From an uncultured delta proteobacterium (GTDB taxonomy: Bacteria > Desulfobacterota > Binatia > Binatales > Binataceae), in contig CAVRVY010000003.1 in NCBI GenBank assembly GCA_963724765.1, positions 576,001 through 640,000 on the forward strand: 64,000 nucleotides of DNA, read 5' to 3'. A program made the position numbers and the translations under genes. The stretch's first letter is position 1. Each line of letters opens with the position of its first letter. The notes beneath the pieces were generated by a model, which was given only the letters and a program-made list of their open reading frames with translations, did no database searches and was not told where the DNA came from. Below, piece by piece: positions 58,610 through 64,000 of this stretch.

Positions 58610-59329
58610 TCAATGGGCGTGGCCGGGGACCGGCGGATGCGAGGTCTGGCACCCGATCCACACCTCGCCGCCCTCGAAGTATTCCTTCTTCCAGATCGGC
58701 ACGACTTCCTTCAGCCGGTCGATCGCAAAGCGGCAGGCCTCGAATGCCTCTCCTCGATGCGCCGCGGAGACCGCGATCGCAACCGAGGTCTCGCCGATAT
58801 CGACCAGGCCGACGCGATGGCTTATCGCGATACGCACGATTTGCCATCGCTCGCCCGCTTCGCGCGCAAGCCGGTGCATCTCGCCGAGCGCCATCGTCTC
58901 GTAAGCCTCGTACTCCAGGCGGATCACATTGCGGCCGGCGTTGTCGGCGCGCGTCGTCCCGGCGAAGGTGACGATCGCGCCGGCGTGCGGGTCGGCCACG
59001 GCGCGCTCCAGCAGCGCAACATCGATCGGGGTGCGGCCGATCGCAATTGGGCCGATCCATTTCGGATCGCGCGATGGCTCGGCTCCGCCGCTTACGGGCG
59101 GGATGAACGCGACCTCGTCGCCGGGGCGCGGACGATAATCGTCCTGCACATATTCCTGATTGACGGCGAAGCCGACGGAGTCGCGATGGCCCTTGAGCGC
59201 GGGAAATTCCTCCGCCAGGCGCCGCCACATCTGCGCGACGGTCGCGCCTTCGGGGAATTCGCGGCTTAGCTCGGAGGCGCCTGCGCGCTCACGCAGCGTC
59301 GCGAAAAGTTTTATCGTTATCCGATTCAT
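58610..59329 (-). CDS. Fused molybdopterin synthase MoaD-MoaE (MoaX-like)
   Basis: N-terminal MoaD ending PPVSGG, continuing in frame into MoaE (LEYEAY, HR.G, PIWKKE). Confidence 0.93.
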   Translation of the reverse strand: MNRITIKLFATLRERAGASELSREFPEGATVAQMWRRLAEEFPALKGHRDSVGFAVNQEYVQDDYRPRPGDEVAFIPPVSGGAEPSRDPKWIGPIAIGRTPIDVALLERAVADPHAGAIVTFAGTTRADNAGRNVIRLEYEAYETMALGEMHRLAREAGERWQIVRIAISHRVGLVDIGETSVAIAVSAAHRGEAFEACRFAIDRLKEVVPIWKKEYFEGGEVWIGCQTSHPPVPGHAH

Positions 59330-59359
59330 TGGTGGTTCATTTGCGGTTCGTTGGCGGCG

Positions 59360-59857
59360 TCACAGCTTGAGCAGATGCGCCATGTGGCCAAGTTCGGGGA
59401 TGAGCAGTTTCTCCATCGCCAGCCGGCAGGCGTCGGGCGAGCCCGGCAGCGCGGCCACGATTTTGCCGGCCGCAATTCCCGCCAGCGCCCGGCTTAAAAA
59501 GGCTGCCGATCCGATCTGCTGATAGGAAAGATAGCGGAACAATTCGCCGAAGCCCTCCAGCTCCTTGTCGAGCAGCACGCGCACGGCCTCGATGGTCGAG
59601 TCGCGCGCCGCGATTCCGGTGCCGCCATTGACGACGATCGCGTCGAGGTTTTGCAGGTGGTCGAGCACGGTCTTGCGGATGCGCGCGGGATCGTCGGGCA
59701 GGACCTCGTAGTGCTCCACGCGATGGCCGGCGGCGGTCAGGAGGTCGCGGATGAGACGGCCGCTCTCGTCGGTTTCGGCGCTGCGCGAATCGCTCGCGGT
59801 CAGCACACCCACCTTTAGACTCTTATGGCCGTGGCGATGATGCTCTTGTACGGACAC
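59360..59857 (-). CDS. moaB: Molybdenum cofactor biosynthesis protein MoaB/MogA family
   Basis: TASD, DESG, GGTG..RD and LPGSP motifs. Confidence 0.92.
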   Translation of the reverse strand: MSVQEHHRHGHKSLKVGVLTASDSRSAETDESGRLIRDLLTAAGHRVEHYEVLPDDPARIRKTVLDHLQNLDAIVVNGGTGIAARDSTIEAVRVLLDKELEGFGELFRYLSYQQIGSAAFLSRALAGIAAGKIVAALPGSPDACRLAMEKLLIPELGHMAHLLKL

Positions 59858-59923
59858 GGGAAAATTATATCACCACCGCATGTCAGCACGAGCCATTAGA
59901 TACGACCCGTCAGCGACGAGCCA

Positions 59924-60127
59924 TTAGCGCAGCCGCAGGTTGAACGCCTGCGGCCCCTTGTCGCCGGGGCGGACGTCGAACTGCACCTGGTCGCCCTCGC
60001 GCAGGTCCTCGAAGTAGACCTTGGGCGACAGCCGCGAGCGATGGAAGAAAACTTCATCGGTGCCGTCATCGGGCGTGATGAAGCCGAAGCCTTTGTCCTT
60101 GATCACTTTTTTGATCGTGCCGAACAC
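59924..60127 (-). CDS. Cold-shock domain protein
   Basis: KGFGFI, VFFH and KGPQA motifs; GGAGG RBS before GTG. Confidence 0.95.
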   Translation of the reverse strand: MFGTIKKVIKDKGFGFITPDDGTDEVFFHRSRLSPKVYFEDLREGDQVQFDVRPGDKGPQAFNLRLR

Positions 60128-60170
60128 AGCGTCCTCCCGCGAGGCGGGCCAATGCCCCCCTCTGGAGTTG

Positions 60171-60198
60171 AGCTTAGGCGAGCCGCGCCGTATGTAAA
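60171..60198 (-). promoter_or_regulatory. Putative sigma70 promoter of the cold-shock gene
   Basis: Minus strand TTTACA-N16-TAAGCT. Confidence 0.5.
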
Positions 60199-60234
60199 GA
60201 GGGTCTCGGGGGGGGGGAGGGCGGAGGTCGCATC

Positions 60235-60471
60235 TTGCTCAAGGCGATTGGACTGGCGGAAATTGAGCGCATCTTCGCGATAACCGACGCGCTCGGAATT
60301 TCGCGCGAGGCGCTGGTGATCCCGCTGCGCACCGAGCATCCGGGCCGTGTGCGCAAGCTCGGCGCCGGCAAACTCGAAATCGTGGTCGATCGCGACGCCG
60401 ACTTCGCGCAATGGCTCAGTCGTCTTGAGCCGGAGATTCGGGCGGTCTGGCCGGTATCGCCGCCGGACTGA
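60235..60471 (+). CDS. Hypothetical small protein (78 aa)
   Basis: GGAGG RBS before TTG and a globular-looking sequence; its 3' end overlaps the convergent BCCP gene. Confidence 0.65.
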   Translation: MLKAIGLAEIERIFAITDALGISREALVIPLRTEHPGRVRKLGAGKLEIVVDRDADFAQWLSRLEPEIRAVWPVSPPD

Positions 60472-60994
60472 GTTCGATAAGGAGCGCGCCGTGATCGACC
60501 ATCTGCCCGGCCACTACGCAAATCTTCGCCACGATCGCCGGGCTCTCGGCGTATAGGGTCGTCTCCATCTTCATCGCTTCGAGCACGATCAGAGGATCAC
60601 CCGGCTCGACCGGCTGGCCCTCGGCGACCAGCACCTTGAGCACTTTGCCTGGCATCGGCGCGTCGATCTCCGGCGCGGCGAGTCCGCCTGCGCGATGTGC
60701 CGTGCGCCCTTCGACGATTACGAACTCGGCCGCGAACGGACCTGCGGCCACCACTATCGAGGAGCGCCGCCGCGCACCCGCGACCCGGACGCGCCGCCCG
60801 CCCAACTCCACTATCGCGCTGCCGTCGGGCATCGGCGCGGCCGTCGCTGCGACCTCGCGCCCATCTATACTAATGCGAATCGCACGCGGAGCGCCCGCAC
60901 CCGCATTGTCCTGCTCGTCTTGCTTGTCTCGGTTGTTTTGCGCGAGCAGTTCGATCTCGAACTCGCGCGCGTCGCCCTGGCGCTTGAGCTTCAT
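60416..60994 (-). CDS. Biotin carboxyl carrier protein with N-terminal BT-like domain
   Basis: APMPGKV and EAMKME biotinylation motif; ATGA overlap with the upstream gene. Confidence 0.92.
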   Translation of the reverse strand: MKLKRQGDAREFEIELLAQNNRDKQDEQDNAGAGAPRAIRISIDGREVAATAAPMPDGSAIVELGGRRVRVAGARRRSSIVVAAGPFAAEFVIVEGRTAHRAGGLAAPEIDAPMPGKVLKVLVAEGQPVEPGDPLIVLEAMKMETTLYAESPAIVAKICVVAGQMVDHGALLIELSPAAIPARPPESPAQDD

Positions 60995-62523
60995 CGTTCG
61001 CCCCGCCTCCACGGCTCGAAGCCCGAGAGCTCCACCCACGGCGAGTGTCCGCCTCGGGCCGTGCGCGCATCGCCGGTGACCGACGATGATAAGCCCGGTG
61101 ACACTGATCGTGCCGAACCGAGCGCCCCGCCGGCAACCATTGCGACCGCGGCCAGCAGGCTCTCGAGCGGCTCGTCAGTCGGACTCCATCGCGCAAAGAA
61201 CTCTTCCACGAATCGCGTCGAGAGCCGCGCGTCGCGAAACGCCTCGCTTGCGATGACGTCGCGCAGGAACGCCGCCGTATTGGTGACGCCGAGCAGTGAG
61301 AATTCGCCCAGCGCCGCCACCATCCGGCCGCGCGCCTGCTCGCGGTCGGCGCCCCAACAGATAAGCTTGCCGAGCAGGCCATCGTAAAATGCGGTGACCC
61401 GAGCGCCGGTCATGAGATGCGTGTCGATACGCACGCCAGGGCCCGCCGGAAGATTCAGGTAGAGCGCCTCGCCGGTGGCCGGCCGGAAGTTATGCTCGGC
61501 ATCCTCCGCATAGATGCGGCACTCGATCGCCACGCCGCGCGGCGCCGCCGGATCGCGGACGCGTTCACCCATCGCGACCCGAAGCTGCTCGGCGACCAGG
61601 TCGCATCCAAAGCGCATCTCGGTCACCGGATGCTCGACCTGCAGACGCGTGTTGGCCTCGAGGAAATAGAACTCGCCGCCGTCGACCAGGAACTCCATCG
61701 TGCCCGCGTTGCGATAGCCGGCCACTCGCGCAACCTTCAACGCCGCCTCGACCATCCGGGCACGCAAACCGTTGTCGAGCCCGGGAGCGGGCGACTCCTC
61801 GATTATTTTCTGATGACGCCGCTGAATCGAGCAGTCGCGCTCGCCGAGCGCAACCACGCCGCCGTGCTGGTCGGCGAGCACCTGTACTTCGATGTGTCGC
61901 GGATGCGCCAGGTACTTCTCCAGGAACACGCGCCCGTCGCCGAAGGCAGCCTTAGCCTCGCGCGCCGCCGCCGCAAGCGCCTCGGCCAGGTCGGCCTGCG
62001 CCTCGACCAAGCGCATTCCGCGGCCACCGCCGCCCGCCGCCGCCTTGACCATCAGCGGAAACCCGATGCGAGCGGCGAACTGCTCGGCCGCGCGATCGTC
62101 TAACGTTTCGAGCCCCGGCACCACTGGAACGCCCGCATCCACGGCCAGGCGCCGCGCCGCGACCTTGTCGCCCAGGGCCGCCATCACGTCCGCTGGCGGC
62201 CCGACGAAAATCATCCCGGCCTCGCCGACCGCGCGAGCAAACTCGGGCCGCTCGGAAAGAAATCCATAGCCGGGATGAATCGCGTCGGCGCCGGTGGCTC
62301 GCGCGGCCTCTATGATAGAGGCGATGTTGAGGTAGCTCTGGCTCGCCTCAGACGGACCGATCAGGCGCGCCTGGTCGGCCGCGGCAACGTGCGCGGAGTC
62401 GGCGTCGGCCTCCGAGTAGACCGCGACGGTGGTGAGTCCGAACAGGCGCGCGCTGCGAATGATCCGGAGCGCTATTTCGCCACGATTGGCGACCAGCAGC
62501 TTGCTTATAGAGGCGCGTTTCAT
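60991..62523 (-). CDS. Biotin carboxylase (acyl-CoA carboxylase alpha-type)
   Basis: ANRGEIA, HPGYGFLSE, GGGGRGM, RDCSIQRRHQK and RLQVEHPVTE motifs. Confidence 0.95.
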   Translation of the reverse strand: MKRASISKLLVANRGEIALRIIRSARLFGLTTVAVYSEADADSAHVAAADQARLIGPSEASQSYLNIASIIEAARATGADAIHPGYGFLSERPEFARAVGEAGMIFVGPPADVMAALGDKVAARRLAVDAGVPVVPGLETLDDRAAEQFAARIGFPLMVKAAAGGGGRGMRLVEAQADLAEALAAAAREAKAAFGDGRVFLEKYLAHPRHIEVQVLADQHGGVVALGERDCSIQRRHQKIIEESPAPGLDNGLRARMVEAALKVARVAGYRNAGTMEFLVDGGEFYFLEANTRLQVEHPVTEMRFGCDLVAEQLRVAMGERVRDPAAPRGVAIECRIYAEDAEHNFRPATGEALYLNLPAGPGVRIDTHLMTGARVTAFYDGLLGKLICWGADREQARGRMVAALGEFSLLGVTNTAAFLRDVIASEAFRDARLSTRFVEEFFARWSPTDEPLESLLAAVAMVAGGALGSARSVSPGLSSSVTGDARTARGGHSPWVELSGFEPWRRGER

Positions 62524-62771
62524 TGCCCGCGAGCGTAGCACATGAGAGCGCGACGCCGCGCTTCAGGGAGCGGTGCCTGGGCAGACGTGAGACCGCGTCC
62601 CGGACCTGGGCGGCGGCGGCGCGGAGAAAAATTTTCGAAGAAAATTTCATCGCGGACCGTCAAATGGATTGATCGTCAGGAAGATTTAACTATCTTGGAA
62701 GGTCCGACGCGCGTGGGGCCGTCCGCCTGGCCATCGCGTCGAAGGAGAAAATCCTGAATGAGGGAGCGCTA

Positions 62772-62993
62772 GTGCACGAAATGGAAGCAACCGATATTCG
62801 TACTGTATATGACTTTCCCGTCGCCGGCCATCTCTGCAGTGATGGAGTGGTGCACTACGTCAAGTTGACGCGCCGTTCCGGCAATCCCAAACCTCAGGGC
62901 GTCTGCTCACAATGCCAGACGACTTTTCAGTACGAAAAGCCGCAACGCTCGCGCGTGCGGCACTACGGTAGCGAAGGCGCCAGTCATTTCTAG
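62772..62993 (+). CDS. Small putative zinc-ribbon protein
   Basis: GAGGGAG RBS before GTG, HLC..H..CSQC, and a TTGATC-N16-TATCTT promoter-like element upstream. Confidence 0.65.
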   Translation: MHEMEATDIRTVYDFPVAGHLCSDGVVHYVKLTRRSGNPKPQGVCSQCQTTFQYEKPQRSRVRHYGSEGASHF

Positions 62994-63070
62994 GCCACAA
63001 ACGGTCTAGGCCACAAAGGGCCTCCTCGATTCATTCTCACAATGCCGCGTGCGGGCCGCGCGCGCGGCCA

Positions 63071-63973
63071 CTAGCGAGCCATCGGAGCGGATGTCGCCGC
63101 GGCGGATGATTGCGCAGGCGTCGCGGAGTCATGCGGCGCTACAAGCGCCGGCGGCTCGGGCCGCTCGAAGACCGGCGGCGTTTTGACCGCCGGCCTCATG
63201 CTCACCAGCAGGACCTCGGGGCCACGGTAGTACCGCGACAACATCCCGCCGACGAAAGCGTAGTCCCGCAGAGGGTCAAACCACATCCGGATAGTCGGGA
63301 CGAACGGCTTCAGGAATATGTTGAACCATCCGAACACCGGACGCGCGTCGGCCTTGGCCAACTCGCCGTCGTGCGGACGAAAACTCCATGGCGCCCGTGC
63401 GAGATCGGCGTGCAAGGTCAGGATGCGCGGGCCGAGGGCGCAATCGAAGACATGGATGTCGAGGTCGGTGGCGCCGCGGCGTAACTGATCCGCTACCGGC
63501 ACCAGCACGCCTGCACCGGCGTAAGTGTCGGGAGGAAATTGCAGGTCATCGGTCTCGATCGTGCTCTTGCCGTTATCATATTTTGCGCAACTGCCTTTTC
63601 CGGTGACCGCGTCGGCGCTCGCGGTTATTAGCGGGGCGCCGTGCGAATCGAAAAAGTCATGTTCATAAGTAAGCATCCGCGGAAGTTCGCCATCGGTGGC
63701 CTTGAGCGTGTCGTGCTCGATATCGCGCTGCCCATCGATAAAGTCGCTGCGTCCTTCGATCGTCACGACGTGGTCATGCTGCGTGACGGCGTAGTGCGCG
63801 CGCCCCAGGAGACTGGTGCCAGTGGAGTCGTAGATGTACAGGTCACTGTTTTGCGTAATCGTCCTGTCACTGGAATAGGCGGCCGCGGCGGCAAGGTCCG
63901 TCCCTGCGCCAGAGCCCGATAGCAGCATCACGGCGACTATCGCCGGGGCAACTAATCCTCTCTTCTTCAGCAC
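63071..63973 (-). CDS. Hypothetical exported beta-rich protein
   Basis: MLKKR plus hydrophobic signal, 300-codon ORF with two Cys. No family recognised. Confidence 0.75.
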   Translation of the reverse strand: MLKKRGLVAPAIVAVMLLSGSGAGTDLAAAAAYSSDRTITQNSDLYIYDSTGTSLLGRAHYAVTQHDHVVTIEGRSDFIDGQRDIEHDTLKATDGELPRMLTYEHDFFDSHGAPLITASADAVTGKGSCAKYDNGKSTIETDDLQFPPDTYAGAGVLVPVADQLRRGATDLDIHVFDCALGPRILTLHADLARAPWSFRPHDGELAKADARPVFGWFNIFLKPFVPTIRMWFDPLRDYAFVGGMLSRYYRGPEVLLVSMRPAVKTPPVFERPEPPALVAPHDSATPAQSSAAATSAPMAR

Positions 63974-64000
63974 GTCATCTCCAATTCGCCGCCTCTACAT

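Overview
64 kb of ordinary chromosome from a high-GC (roughly 65-68% by eye) diderm bacterium. Gene content resembles Deltaproteobacteria-related lineages such as Ca. Binatota; this is an inference I cannot verify here. I found no rRNA, tRNA, CRISPR array, transposase, integrase or prophage. About 65 CDSs are supported. Cell envelope: dacA-type DD-carboxypeptidase, a YkuD/YafK-type enzyme, PBP1B plus a TPR partner, GT2, GT9, prepilin peptidase and two alanine-zipper lipoproteins. Energy: a membrane-arm-only complex I cluster nuoH-J-K-L-M-N. Housekeeping: rsmD-coaD-aspC, groEL, rimI-carD-ispD, htpX-DUF1844-degQ, tsaD-rsmA-mutM, tmk-holB-ricT-metG, ispH, moaB plus a moaD-moaE fusion, and csp. 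There is also a lower-GC general-stress islet (KGG protein, formaldehyde dehydrogenase, ferritin-like protein). Best leads: (1) an orphan PaaA-like diiron protein in a tight operon with two hotdog dehydratases, a PPOX protein and DUF523/DUF1722; (2) a His/Met-rich alanine-zipper lipoprotein, an Lpp/OprI-like lipoprotein ending in Lys and a DpaA-like enzyme; (3) translationally coupled cysK-larE; (4) a sigma54-like promoter with an upstream direct repeat in front of the stress islet; (5) short direct duplications containing the stop codon at six gene ends. All family calls come from motif recognition, not database searches.
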